Positions 29,915-39,258 of a stretch of DNA of 64,000 nt are shown here, piece by piece; the first letter of the stretch is position 1, and each line of letters starts with the position of its first letter. The DNA is from an uncultured Dehalococcoidales bacterium (GTDB taxonomy: Bacteria; Chloroflexota; Dehalococcoidia; Dehalococcoidales; UBA2162): positions 1,558-65,557 of the forward strand of contig CAZSHH010000004.1 in the NCBI GenBank assembly GCA_964606525.1, in the 5' to 3' direction. Below the pieces are notes generated by a model. It was given only the letters and a program-made list of their open reading frames with translations, was not told where the DNA came from and searched no databases. The translations under genes and the position numbers were made by a program.

Positions 29915-31630
29915 ATGCGTATTTCCAAATTGGTCAGCAAGACTCAACGGGAGATTCCTACCGAGGCCGATACCCCTTCGCATCAACTTCTTCTGCGTGC
30001 CGGAATGATCAGCCAGGTGGCCGCCGGTATTTACAATTACCTGCCGCTAGCCTGGCGCAGCCTGTGCAAGATAGAAAACATCATTCGCGACGAAATGGAC
30101 GATGCCAGCGGGCAGGAAGTATTTATGCCTACCCTGCAGCCCCTCGAATTATGGCAAAAATCAGGGCGCGACCAGGCATTCGGCAGCACCCTGCCGGCTC
30201 TAACCACTAAAGACCGCAGGGAACGTATCCTGGTCCTCGGGCCAACTCATGAAGAAGTAGTTACCGATATCGTTGCCCATTATGTGAAAAGTTACCGTGA
30301 CCTGCCGGTAAACATTTATCAAATTCAGAATAAGTTTCGTGATGAACCCCGGCCGCGTGCTGGTTTGATCCGTGTCCGAGAATTTATCATGCTCGATGCC
30401 TACAGCTTCGATAAAGACCAGGCTGGCCTGGACACCGCTTATCAACGAATGCTGACAGCATTCTCTAATATGTACGCCCGCTGCGGGCTAAAATCCATCC
30501 CGGTGGAAGCTGACAGTGGGGCTATTGGCGGCAAGGACTCGCATGAATTCATGCTCCCGGCAGAAACCGGCGAGGATACCGTCATCGTCTGCCCTAGATG
30601 TGGATATGCCGCCAACGCAGAAAAAGCAGTGTTCAATAAGCAAAATACCGGGGCACAGCATGCTGTACCCCTACTGATGGAAGAGGTAGCCACTCCCGGT
30701 AAGAAATCCATCGAGGAAGTTGCCGCCTTCCTGGGTATCAGCACGGCACAAACCCTGAAAGCGGTTTTCTATGTGGCTGACGGCGAGTTCATTTTTGTCG
30801 TTATCCGGGGTGACCTGCCGGTAAATGAAATAAAGTTAGCCCACGCCCTTAAAGTGAAAAACCTCCGCCTGGCAACTCCGACGGAAACGTCCGAACATAA
30901 AATCACCGCCGGTTTTGCTTCACCAATAGGACTTCAAGGCGTCAGAATCGTAGCCGATGATTCCGTCACTACCGCCGTTAATCTGGTAACCGGCGGCAAC
31001 AAAGTAGACACCCATATCAGGAATGCCAATTACGGCCGTGACTTTTCTGCGGATTTCATGGCGGATATTGCCCTGGCCAAAGCCGGGGATATTTGCTCCA
31101 GGTGCGGAAACACCTTACAGGCCGTGCGCGGTATCGAAGTAGGACATATCTTTAAACTGGGCACTGTGTATAGTGAAAAGTTAGGAGCTTATTTCACCGA
31201 TGAAAATGGTAATCCCCAGGTGATCACGATGGGGTGTTACGGCATCGGAGTGGGACGACTGCTGGCAGCTGCGATCGAACAAAACCACGATGATAAGGGC
31301 ATCATCTGGCCGGCCAGTATCGCTCCATATCAGGTCCATCTTTGCGCCCTTTTTATCGATGATCCGAAAGTAGTGGCAGCCGCGGATTCTCTGTACAAAG
31401 ATCTTACGGCTGCTGGAGTCGAGGTATTATACGATGACCGGGCAGAATCCCCGGGAGTGAAATTTAACGACGCGGACCTGTTAGGTATGCCGCTGCGGAT
31501 CACGGTCAGTCCGCGCAATCTGGAAAAGCAAAGCGTGGAAATCAAGTGGCGTACGGAGAAAAAAGCACAATTGATGCCCCTGGAAGATATCGTTGCGGTC
31601 GTGCAGAAAATGCTACAAACCGGAAAATAG
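29915..31630 (+). CDS. proS: prolyl-tRNA synthetase (bacterial type with insertion/editing domain)
   Basis: MRISKLVSKTQREIPTEADTPSHQLLLRAGMI... with class II motifs. ATG at 29915. The ORF-track extension from 29861 has no homology. Confidence 0.93.
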   Translation: MRISKLVSKTQREIPTEADTPSHQLLLRAGMISQVAAGIYNYLPLAWRSLCKIENIIRDEMDDASGQEVFMPTLQPLELWQKSGRDQAFGSTLPALTTKDRRERILVLGPTHEEVVTDIVAHYVKSYRDLPVNIYQIQNKFRDEPRPRAGLIRVREFIMLDAYSFDKDQAGLDTAYQRMLTAFSNMYARCGLKSIPVEADSGAIGGKDSHEFMLPAETGEDTVIVCPRCGYAANAEKAVFNKQNTGAQHAVPLLMEEVATPGKKSIEEVAAFLGISTAQTLKAVFYVADGEFIFVVIRGDLPVNEIKLAHALKVKNLRLATPTETSEHKITAGFASPIGLQGVRIVADDSVTTAVNLVTGGNKVDTHIRNANYGRDFSADFMADIALAKAGDICSRCGNTLQAVRGIEVGHIFKLGTVYSEKLGAYFTDENGNPQVITMGCYGIGVGRLLAAAIEQNHDDKGIIWPASIAPYQVHLCALFIDDPKVVAAADSLYKDLTAAGVEVLYDDRAESPGVKFNDADLLGMPLRITVSPRNLEKQSVEIKWRTEKKAQLMPLEDIVAVVQKMLQTGK

Positions 31631-31654
31631 GAACCCCGCAGTAGGAATCGTACA

Positions 31655-31687
31655 GGGGGGATAGTCTTCTAAAGAGTTTATCCCCCC
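31655..31687. terminator. hairpin shared by convergent proS and pheT
   Basis: GGGGGGATA, 15 nt, TATCCCCCC between the two stop codons. Confidence 0.6.
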
Positions 31688-31693
31688 TTGCCT

Positions 31694-34090
31694 TTATCTA
31701 AGCGTTGCCCCAAATTCCTTTTCCAGTTTTGCTATCATCTGTTTCATGATGGCACTGACAGCATCATCGGTCAGGGTTTTGTTGGGTGATTGGAAGGTAA
31801 TACGGTAGGCCAGTGACTTTTTCCCCGCTGGTACTTGTTCTCCCGAATACACATCAAACAAGGTAACTTCTTCAATAAGAGGAAAGCTTCTTATGATGTC
31901 GATCGCCTGCCGGTGGGTTACTTTCGTGTCGACGACAACAGCAATATCCCGTACCACAGATGGAAAGCGGGGTAATGGTTTATAGCTTTTCCAGGAAGCA
32001 AACATTGATACCAGGACAGGTAAGTCCAATTCGAACAGGTAGACCGGGCCGGAAATTTCAAATTTTTCGCGGACACGGGGATGGACCTCGCCAACAACGC
32101 CCAGTTTTACAGCACCGGCGATGACGGTGGCCTGTAAATCCGCCGCCAGTGTGGGGTCATCACCGGGGACAAAATCAGCCTTAATATTAAAATGCTGCAA
32201 AATTACTTCGGCCAGGCCCTTTACGGTGAAGTAGTCTGGTTTTTTTTCTTCATCCTGCCACCATTTTGTTTCACCGGCTCCGCTGATGACGCCGCATAGT
32301 ATATCGCGCTCATCCGGAAGATCATTTTCCCGGGGTACAAACACTTTACTGGTTTCGACCAGGCGGATAATACCTTCCCCCGACCGCTGGTTGAGGGCTA
32401 ATACCGACAACAGGTTTGCTCTCAGCGTCGGCCGCAGGTATTCCTGTTCCACGGTCATCGGGTTCGATAGCCGTAAGGCTTCGATATGGGTACCGGCGGG
32501 AGTCAGTTTGTTCAACATCTCCGTGCCGATCATAGAAGGAGTCATGATCTCATCAAAGCCGAAGCCGGTGAGGATGTCCCTGGCTTCCCTCTTGATTTTT
32601 ATTGAGAGCAGCGGGTCCTGGGATGGGATAGGCTGGGATAATAAAGTCACCGGAATCTTGTCGTAACCATTGATGCGGGCAATCTCTTCCACCAGGTCTT
32701 CGGTAATCCGGATATCGCTGCGCCAATAAGGCGGGGTAACTACGACTGCGTTTCCTGCAGGATCTACCTTACATTCAAATCCGAGAGACATGAAGATCTC
32801 CGTCATGCGTTCACAGCTGACTTCAATGCCAAGCACTCGTTTTACCTGGGCTGCCGACAGGGTGATCGAAGCAACCGGTTTTTTACCTGGATAGACATCG
32901 ATGATGCCTCTGGCGGCTTCGCCTCCGCCCAACTCCTTGATCAACTGGGTCGCCCGTCTTAAAGCAGGAATCGTCAAATCAGGACGAATGCCCCTCTCAT
33001 AACGGGTAGCAGCTTCACTGGATACACCAAGGTTCCGGCCGGTATAGTGAATATTTGCCGGGTTGAAATTTGCCGATTCAAGGAGAATCGAGGTGGTGTT
33101 TTCGGTGACCTCAGTATTAGCTCCGCCCATGACACCAGCCACGGCGATAGCTCGTTCGGTATCGGCGATCACCAGGGTATTCGCAGTTAACTCACGGTCG
33201 GTACTATCCAGAGTTTGCATCTTCTCACCCGACTTTGCCCGGCGCACGATGATTTTATGTCCCTGTATCCGGTCAAAGTCGAAGGAGTGCAAGGGTTGTC
33301 CGTACTCCAACATCACGAAATTAGTGATATCGACGATGTTATTGATAGGGCGCATACCGCCGGCAATCAGACGTTGTTTCATCCACTCCGGCGACTCTGC
33401 GATATGAATACCCTTGATCAAAGCAGCCGCATAGCGGGGGCATAAATCCGGTGCTTGAATTTCAACGGTAAACTGCTGATCGATGGGGGGTTCTGCTTCA
33501 TCATAGGCATCAGCGGGCAAGCGTACATGTTTACCGGTTAATGCAGCAATTTCACGGGCAATACCGATAACCGACAGGCAGTCAGGGCGGTTAGGTGTAA
33601 TTTCCAGGTTATAGTAGGCATCACTCATATACGCCGCCAGGGGAACTCCCACCGGGGCATCTGGCGGTAATACCAATATCCCGGTATGATTATCCGAAAT
33701 CCCCAGTTCCTTCTCGGAACAGATCATACCACTGGAAGATATGCCGCGGATTTTCGCTTCTTTCAACACTGCTTTTGTACCGGTATGGCCGTCGATTAAC
33801 TCAGCCCCAACACGGGCGAAAGCAATTTTATCACCGATATTGAGATTCGGTGCCCCGCAGACAACGGTAGCCTCTTCATTTCCCAGGTCTACGGTTGACA
33901 ACCGCAGGCGGTCGGCATTGGGATGGGGATTGACAGCCTTTATTTGTCCCACGGTTACCTTGTCCCAATTACCCCCGATAATCTGGGTACTCTTAACCTC
34001 CATCCCGGCCATGGTAAGGCTCTCCGCCACCTTAGCCGCAGGCAGGTCAATGTCTAGATAGTCTTGTAACCATTTTAAAGAAGTTTTCAT
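31694..34090 (-). CDS. pheT: phenylalanyl-tRNA synthetase beta subunit
   Basis: MKTSLKWLQDYLDIDL..., with tRNA-binding, B3/4, B5 and FDX-ACB-like regions. The ATG at 34090 overlaps the upstream stop (ATGA). Confidence 0.93.
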   Translation of the reverse strand: MKTSLKWLQDYLDIDLPAAKVAESLTMAGMEVKSTQIIGGNWDKVTVGQIKAVNPHPNADRLRLSTVDLGNEEATVVCGAPNLNIGDKIAFARVGAELIDGHTGTKAVLKEAKIRGISSSGMICSEKELGISDNHTGILVLPPDAPVGVPLAAYMSDAYYNLEITPNRPDCLSVIGIAREIAALTGKHVRLPADAYDEAEPPIDQQFTVEIQAPDLCPRYAAALIKGIHIAESPEWMKQRLIAGGMRPINNIVDITNFVMLEYGQPLHSFDFDRIQGHKIIVRRAKSGEKMQTLDSTDRELTANTLVIADTERAIAVAGVMGGANTEVTENTTSILLESANFNPANIHYTGRNLGVSSEAATRYERGIRPDLTIPALRRATQLIKELGGGEAARGIIDVYPGKKPVASITLSAAQVKRVLGIEVSCERMTEIFMSLGFECKVDPAGNAVVVTPPYWRSDIRITEDLVEEIARINGYDKIPVTLLSQPIPSQDPLLSIKIKREARDILTGFGFDEIMTPSMIGTEMLNKLTPAGTHIEALRLSNPMTVEQEYLRPTLRANLLSVLALNQRSGEGIIRLVETSKVFVPRENDLPDERDILCGVISGAGETKWWQDEEKKPDYFTVKGLAEVILQHFNIKADFVPGDDPTLAADLQATVIAGAVKLGVVGEVHPRVREKFEISGPVYLFELDLPVLVSMFASWKSYKPLPRFPSVVRDIAVVVDTKVTHRQAIDIIRSFPLIEEVTLFDVYSGEQVPAGKKSLAYRITFQSPNKTLTDDAVSAIMKQMIAKLEKEFGATLR

Positions 34091-34740
34091 TGTCCACTTT
34101 CCGGTGTAATGGGATATGACGGCAAAGCGGGGCTGATATTCATCCACTTCTCCACGAAATCATCAGTGCCGCGTACAGAATAAACCGAATCGCCGATGAT
34201 TGCCATATTGGTGATATATTCCAGGGTACCCCCCACCGGTAATCGTACCGGTAACAAATATCCATCCCGGGCAGCCCGTATCTGCAGGATAAAGGATATT
34301 TGCGGTTTACTTAATCCGGAATATACGGTATCAGTATCATCCGCTTGCAGCCAGTTGGTCAACTCAGTTAAAGAATTGAAATGGCGGGGATATTTGATGG
34401 TTTTCAACTGGTTCGCCTGATCGGTAATAGTCTCCTGGTTAGAGGAAACCTGTTTGTTGAGCGAGGTTACCTGGTTTTCAGCCTCATTGAGATCTTGTTC
34501 CAATGAGGTGGATTTAGATTTTTCCTGGTTAAGTTGTGTCTGTAATGAAGATGCATTACCCTGTAAAGTCGTAACCTGGCCTTGTAAAGAAGCTACCTGG
34601 GCTTCGGACGCATTAAGATCCTTTTGTAGATTACCTTTCTGGACGGCAAACACAATAGTCGCTACCAGCAAGGCTATGACAACAACCGCTGCAACACCCA
34701 TGGTAATCCATCTCGTCATCGGTTTATTTAGTTCTGCCAT
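34087..34740 (-). CDS. hypothetical membrane-anchored coiled-coil protein
   Basis: 217-aa ORF. One N-terminal TM helix, about 90 aa of Q/S/L-rich heptad-like repeats, then a globular C-terminal domain. Inserted between pheS and pheT and translationally coupled to pheT. Confidence 0.7.
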   Translation of the reverse strand: MAELNKPMTRWITMGVAAVVVIALLVATIVFAVQKGNLQKDLNASEAQVASLQGQVTTLQGNASSLQTQLNQEKSKSTSLEQDLNEAENQVTSLNKQVSSNQETITDQANQLKTIKYPRHFNSLTELTNWLQADDTDTVYSGLSKPQISFILQIRAARDGYLLPVRLPVGGTLEYITNMAIIGDSVYSVRGTDDFVEKWMNISPALPSYPITPESGQ

Positions 34741-34782
34741 AATATACCTCCAATACCAAGTAAAAGATTAATATCCTGAGGG

Positions 34783-35820
34783 CTAAAATTGCCTGAGGAA
34801 TCTTAAGTCTCCATTATAGAAGTGCCTCATGTCATCGATGCCGTACCGGAGCATCGGCAGCCGTTCCAGACCCATGCCAAAAGCGAAGCTGGTATATACC
34901 TCCGGGTCGATGCCGCCGCGACGTAGGACATCGGGGTGCGTCATGCCGGCGCCGAGTATCTCCAACCAGCCGCTCTCGCTACAAAGTCGGCATCCCGAGC
35001 CGTGGCAGACTGCGCATTCGATGGACATTTCGACGCCCGGTTCGACGAAGGGAAAATAGTCACAACGAAAACGAACCTTACGTTCCCGGCCGAAATAACG
35101 CCGGGCGAATTCGTATAACGTCCCTTTCAAATCAGCCATGGTGATACCTTTATCTACAGCGATCCCATCGACATTGTGATAGGCATTTAAATGAGTCGCA
35201 TCCGTAGCTTCATACCGGTATACCATCCCCGGTTCGACCGTCCTGATCGGCGGTTTCATATTATGGACTACTCGGGCACTGACGGCGGTACAATGAGTTC
35301 GCAGCAACATCGGCCGTTCGCCCCGATCGTTTTCATAGTCCACCCAGAAAGTAGACATACCGTCCCGTGCGGGATGCTCTTTCGGCATATTTAGGGCTTC
35401 AAAATTATAGTAGTCCCATTCCGCATCAGGGCCCAGGGCCACCTGAAAACCCATGCTCCGGAATATCTCGGATATCTCATCAATCGCCTGTACCAGTATA
35501 TGTTTGTGGCCCAGTACAAAGGGGTATCCGGGCAGGGTAATATCGATTACGGCGGCTGTAGTTTTCCTTGTGACTTCGCTGGCAGTAAAAGTGTCCAACT
35601 TTTCTTTATACCTGTTTTCGAGTGTTGTTTTCGCCGTATTGGCGCGGGCGCCTGCGGCTTTTCTCTCTTCCGGTGCTAAACTACCCAACCCCCGCAAAAC
35701 TTCGGTTATTACACCTTTCCGCCCCAGATATTGGATACGCCATGATTCCAGTGTCCTGGCATCATTCACGGCCTCGAGTTCATTTATCGCTCTAGCTGCT
35801 ATTTCATCAATCGTGGACAT
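34783..35820 (-). CDS. pheS: phenylalanyl-tRNA synthetase alpha subunit
   Basis: 345-aa ORF with class II motifs (HPARD, FRCDYFPFVEPG, GMGLERL). Confidence 0.93.
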   Translation of the reverse strand: MSTIDEIAARAINELEAVNDARTLESWRIQYLGRKGVITEVLRGLGSLAPEERKAAGARANTAKTTLENRYKEKLDTFTASEVTRKTTAAVIDITLPGYPFVLGHKHILVQAIDEISEIFRSMGFQVALGPDAEWDYYNFEALNMPKEHPARDGMSTFWVDYENDRGERPMLLRTHCTAVSARVVHNMKPPIRTVEPGMVYRYEATDATHLNAYHNVDGIAVDKGITMADLKGTLYEFARRYFGRERKVRFRCDYFPFVEPGVEMSIECAVCHGSGCRLCSESGWLEILGAGMTHPDVLRRGGIDPEVYTSFAFGMGLERLPMLRYGIDDMRHFYNGDLRFLRQF

Positions 35821-35848
35821 TTCAAAGCCTCATGTCTTAGTAATTAAA

Positions 35849-35870
35849 GAACCCTCCATGTGGAGGGTTC
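35849..35870 (-). terminator. intrinsic terminator inside the pheS leader (attenuator)
   Basis: The minus strand reads GAACCCUCC-acau-GGAGGGUUC followed by UUUAAUU. It sits 28 nt upstream of the pheS ATG and downstream of a candidate promoter. Confidence 0.6.
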
Positions 35871-35914
35871 GATGATGTCCGGTTTAGTCTTTCCTACGGT
35901 ACTTAAGCCGTAAA

Positions 35915-35998
35915 TTAGCCCCCCACGCGCCAATGGCGCACAGGAAATGTGAATTCTGCTGCGAATTGACGGTTTAAGTTTTCAATTTCATTCATCAT
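35915..35998 (-). CDS. candidate leader peptide (27 aa, MMNEIENLNRQFAAEFTFPVRHWRVGG)
   Basis: Small ORF in the pheS leader with 3 Phe codons within 7 codons. Its stop lies immediately after a GGGGGG run that can pair with the 5' arm of the terminator. The SD is weak. Confidence 0.3.
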   Translation of the reverse strand: MMNEIENLNRQFAAEFTFPVRHWRVGG

Positions 35999-36018
35999 TT
36001 GAAGCAACCTGTGCGCGA

Positions 36019-36047
36019 AGTCTAACATGGGATTATGCCTTTGTCAA
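36019..36047 (-). promoter_or_regulatory. candidate sigma-70 promoter for the pheS leader
   Basis: On the minus strand: TTGACA, 17 nt, TAGACT. Confidence 0.45.
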
Positions 36048-36116
36048 TTTTACTATAGTATCATTTTGGTTAACCATTACGGCCATTTTCCCATACTAAG
36101 GTTAACCTTGTTTTCC

Positions 36117-36476
36117 CTAAGCCTGACTCTTAGCCCGTACCGTGGTCACCAGGTCAGCAAAGGCTTCCGGCTGGCGTACTGCCATATCTGCCAGCAGTTT
36201 ACGGTTCAGGTTGATGCCGGCAGTATGCAGGCCGTTGATGAATTGGCCGTAAGTCATCCCATTGGCCCGGCTGATAGCATTGATACGGGTGATCCATAAA
36301 CGGCGCATATCACCTTTGCGCTCGCGGCGGTGTGCCGTTGCATAGCTTAATGACTTAAGCATCGATTCATGAGCACGGCGGTATAAGGCATGCTTGGTCG
36401 CCCGGTGACCCTTGGTTAATTCCAGTACTTTCTTATGTCGATGATGATAAGTAACGCTACTCTTAGAACGTGGCAC
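36117..36476 (-). CDS. rplT: 50S ribosomal protein L20
   Basis: 119-aa [27 protein letters not shown].... Conserved infC-rpmI-rplT order. Confidence 0.95.
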   Translation of the reverse strand: MPRSKSSVTYHHRHKKVLELTKGHRATKHALYRRAHESMLKSLSYATAHRRERKGDMRRLWITRINAISRANGMTYGQFINGLHTAGINLNRKLLADMAVRQPEAFADLVTTVRAKSQA

Positions 36477-36513
36477 CTTATTTCTCCTTGAGATACTTCA
36501 GGGCAAGTTTTAT

Positions 36514-36714
36514 CTATGCACCATACGGTAGCAGGCTTTTCAGTCTTTGCTCATTCGCAGGACTCAGCACCAGCTTGCCATGATATAGTCTTTTGGTCCG
36601 GGCTTTTTTATGCATGCGCAGATGGCTTTTGCCGATCTTGGCATGTACTATCTTACCGCTACCGGTTACGTGCAGCCGGTCCTGGGCTCCCTTGTGGGTC
36701 CTCATTTTTGGCAT
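36514..36714 (-). CDS. rpmI: 50S ribosomal protein L35
   Basis: 66-aa ORF, MPKMRTHKGAQDRLHVTGSGKI.... SD GAGGTGGA lies upstream. Confidence 0.93.
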   Translation of the reverse strand: MPKMRTHKGAQDRLHVTGSGKIVHAKIGKSHLRMHKKARTKRLYHGKLVLSPANEQRLKSLLPYGA

Positions 36715-37270
36715 CAGTAACTTCCACCTCTTGCTTTACCTTGGGGGCTTTGGTTTTCTGAACGGGTACCGGAGAAAGAATGATATTCATCCTTCTTTCT
36801 TCCATAATCGGCTGCCCGTCAACCGTACCAGCATCTTTCAAAGAATCGGCCATTTTTTGCAGGAGTTTCCAACCTAAATCAGGATGGGTAATTTCTCTAC
36901 CCCGGAACATTACCGTGACCTTTACTTTATCACCGCCGGTAAGCAGCTTCCTGGCGGTTCTTGATTTCGCATCGAAATCATGGTCGCCAATCTTCGGCCT
37001 CAGCCTGATCTCACGTAATAATACAATCTTCTGGCTTTTTCGTGAGTTACGCTCCTTTTTGGCCTGTTCGTATTTGAACTTGCCATAATCAAGCAAACGG
37101 CATACCGGTGGCACTGCAGTGGGTGCGACTTCGACAAGGTCCAGGCTATGGCTCTTCGCCACTTCTCTTGCTTGATATAACGGTAAGGTACCTAGTTGTT
37201 CGCCGTTCTCTCCGACGAGACGCACCTCCCTGGCCCGAATTTCTTCGTTGACGCGGAGTTTCTTAATTAT
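36659..37270 (-). CDS. infC: translation initiation factor IF-3 (non-AUG start)
   Basis: Homology begins at I-I-KKLRVNEEIRAREVRLVGENGEQLG. ATA at 37270 or ATT at 37267 lies 8-11 nt after GAGGGGGAAG. The upstream ATG-extended part of the ORF (to 37336) is non-homologous. The 3' end overlaps rpmI by 56 nt. Confidence 0.85.
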   Translation of the reverse strand: MIKKLRVNEEIRAREVRLVGENGEQLGTLPLYQAREVAKSHSLDLVEVAPTAVPPVCRLLDYGKFKYEQAKKERNSRKSQKIVLLREIRLRPKIGDHDFDAKSRTARKLLTGGDKVKVTVMFRGREITHPDLGWKLLQKMADSLKDAGTVDGQPIMEERRMNIILSPVPVQKTKAPKVKQEVEVTDAKNEDPQGSPGPAARNR

Positions 37271-37367
37271 ATGCTGAACTTCCCCCTCAAAAAAATAGCA
37301 AAATTCAATATAACATACCTTGACCGTACAAAGCAACCTATAGGCTCATAAAAGTCTGAACCTATAA

Positions 37368-39137
37368 TTATAATTCGAGTGCTTTTCGCTGTATGATATC
37401 CAGAATCCGTAATGTAAAATCACCGATAGGCAGGGCGGGCAGCTGTTCCCCGGTCCGTAACCTTGGTGCGACCTGGCCGGATTCCATTTCTTTATCTCCG
37501 ACCACCAGCATATAAGGAATCTTTTCCAACTGTGCCTGGCGGATCCGCTGGTTCATCCGGTCCGAAGTATCATCTACCTGGACACGAACGTTAGCCGATT
37601 TCAACTCAGCAGCCACCTTTTGTGCATAGTCGTTATGCCGTTCGGCGATCGGAATGACCATAACCTGTACTGGGGACAACCAGGCCGGGAAGGCTCCGGC
37701 ATAATGCTCAATCAGGAAAGCCATCGTCCTTTCGATGGCCCCAATCGATGAACGGTGAATGATGATCGGTTCTTTTTCCTGCCCATCTTTATCCCGGTAA
37801 ACCAGATGGAAGCGCTTGGCGCCTACAAAATCATACTGCACAGTAAAAGCAGTATCTTCCTTACCGGCAAAATTTTTCATCTGAATATCTATCTTGGGCC
37901 CGTAAAAAGCGGCTTCGTTTGCAGCTTCGAAAAAATCAGCCTGACGTTTTTTCAGGACCTGCCGGAGGACTTCCTCGGCATAATCCCACGCAGCATCATC
38001 TTTATAGTATTTGTGTTCATCATGACGGTCACCCAGGGACAACCTGTAGCGCCGTCCTTCGTCCAAACCCAGGACTTTGGCGGAATACTCGATTAGATCA
38101 AGAACCGTCATGATCTCATCGACGGCCTGTTCTTTCTGGCAGATGATGTGGGAATCAGCCAGGCAGAAACTGCGGACCCGGATCAGACCAGTCAATTCAC
38201 CTGACCGCTCATAACGGAACTGCTTCGCCAATTCGGCGATACGGAAAGGCAGTTCCTTGTAGGAACGCGGCCGGCTGGCATACAACTGGTAATGGTGGGG
38301 ACAGGTCATCGGCCGCAGCATCAGCTCTTCATCATCTACTTTCATGGGCGGATACATCGTTTCCTTATAATACGGATAATGTCCGGAGGTTTTATATAAT
38401 TCGATATTTGCTAAATCAGGGGTATAGACATGACGGTAACCCCGTTTGATCTCCTCATCGACTACGAACCGCTCCAACTCACGCCGGATGACCGAACCCT
38501 TCTCGGTAAACAACGGTAAGCCTTTACCAACCAGGTCGGAAAAAACGAACAGATCCAGGTCTTTACCTATCTTACGGTGGTCCCGTTTCTTGATCTCTTC
38601 CTGGAATTTCAAGTATTCTTCCAGTTCTTTCCGGGAACTGAAACAAAGACCATAAATCCTTTGCAGCATGGGGTTTTTTTCTGAGCCCCGCCAGTAAGCT
38701 CCGGCAATACGTTCCAGCTTTATCGCTTCAGGATGTATTTCTTTTGTTGTGGCCACATGAGGCCCGGCACATAAATCAACAAAATCACCGGAACGGTAAA
38801 CTGAAATAGCATCATCGGATAGATCCGCGATCAGTTCCAGTTTATACGGCTGGTCCTTAAAAAGCTGCCGGGCAGCTTCTTTGGTAATATTCTCCCGGTT
38901 AAAGGTAAGTCCTTTTTTGATTAATTCCCGCATTTTCTCTTCAATACGTGGTAAATCCTCCGGGGTGAGGGGACGCGGGAGATCGAAATCATAATAAAAA
39001 CCATTTTCGATCGCAGGGCCGATGCCGAATTTCACATCGGGGAATACCGACCTGACTGCTTCGGCCATGATATGCGAAGCAGAATGACGGGCTGTTTCCA
39101 GCTTGTTATGATCACTATTTTTTTCTTCAGCACCCAT
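37368..39137 (-). CDS. thrS: threonyl-tRNA synthetase (short form without N-terminal TGS domain)
   Basis: 589-aa ORF. Begins at the editing-domain motif (ARHSASHIMAEAV), followed by the class II core and anticodon-binding domain. Confidence 0.93.
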   Translation of the reverse strand: MGAEEKNSDHNKLETARHSASHIMAEAVRSVFPDVKFGIGPAIENGFYYDFDLPRPLTPEDLPRIEEKMRELIKKGLTFNRENITKEAARQLFKDQPYKLELIADLSDDAISVYRSGDFVDLCAGPHVATTKEIHPEAIKLERIAGAYWRGSEKNPMLQRIYGLCFSSRKELEEYLKFQEEIKKRDHRKIGKDLDLFVFSDLVGKGLPLFTEKGSVIRRELERFVVDEEIKRGYRHVYTPDLANIELYKTSGHYPYYKETMYPPMKVDDEELMLRPMTCPHHYQLYASRPRSYKELPFRIAELAKQFRYERSGELTGLIRVRSFCLADSHIICQKEQAVDEIMTVLDLIEYSAKVLGLDEGRRYRLSLGDRHDEHKYYKDDAAWDYAEEVLRQVLKKRQADFFEAANEAAFYGPKIDIQMKNFAGKEDTAFTVQYDFVGAKRFHLVYRDKDGQEKEPIIIHRSSIGAIERTMAFLIEHYAGAFPAWLSPVQVMVIPIAERHNDYAQKVAAELKSANVRVQVDDTSDRMNQRIRQAQLEKIPYMLVVGDKEMESGQVAPRLRTGEQLPALPIGDFTLRILDIIQRKALEL

Positions 39138-39229
39138 ATTTTAATCCTTCTTGATGTCGGGCTTATTATCCGGAGGATAAGATCTGAAGCATATGCAATA
39201 CTTCAAGTCATCCGCAATAAGGTAAGGCT

Positions 39230-39258
39230 ATTATATCAATCCGCGTTTTGAGGTGCAA
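39230..39258 (-). promoter_or_regulatory. candidate sigma-70 promoter of thrS
   Basis: On the minus strand: TTGCAC, 17 nt, TATAAT. Lies about 90 nt upstream of the thrS ATG. Confidence 0.55.

Noticed and set aside
35821-36047. T-box riboswitch upstream of pheS (a GAA-UUC-A string at about 35950-35956 looks like a Phe specifier)
   Set aside because: I cannot find the conserved T-box sequence (AGGGUGGNACCGCG) or a UGGN bulge able to pair with the tRNA 3' end. The putative stem I also lacks the distal AG-bulge and loop motifs. Only the terminator and a generic antiterminator pairing are supported.
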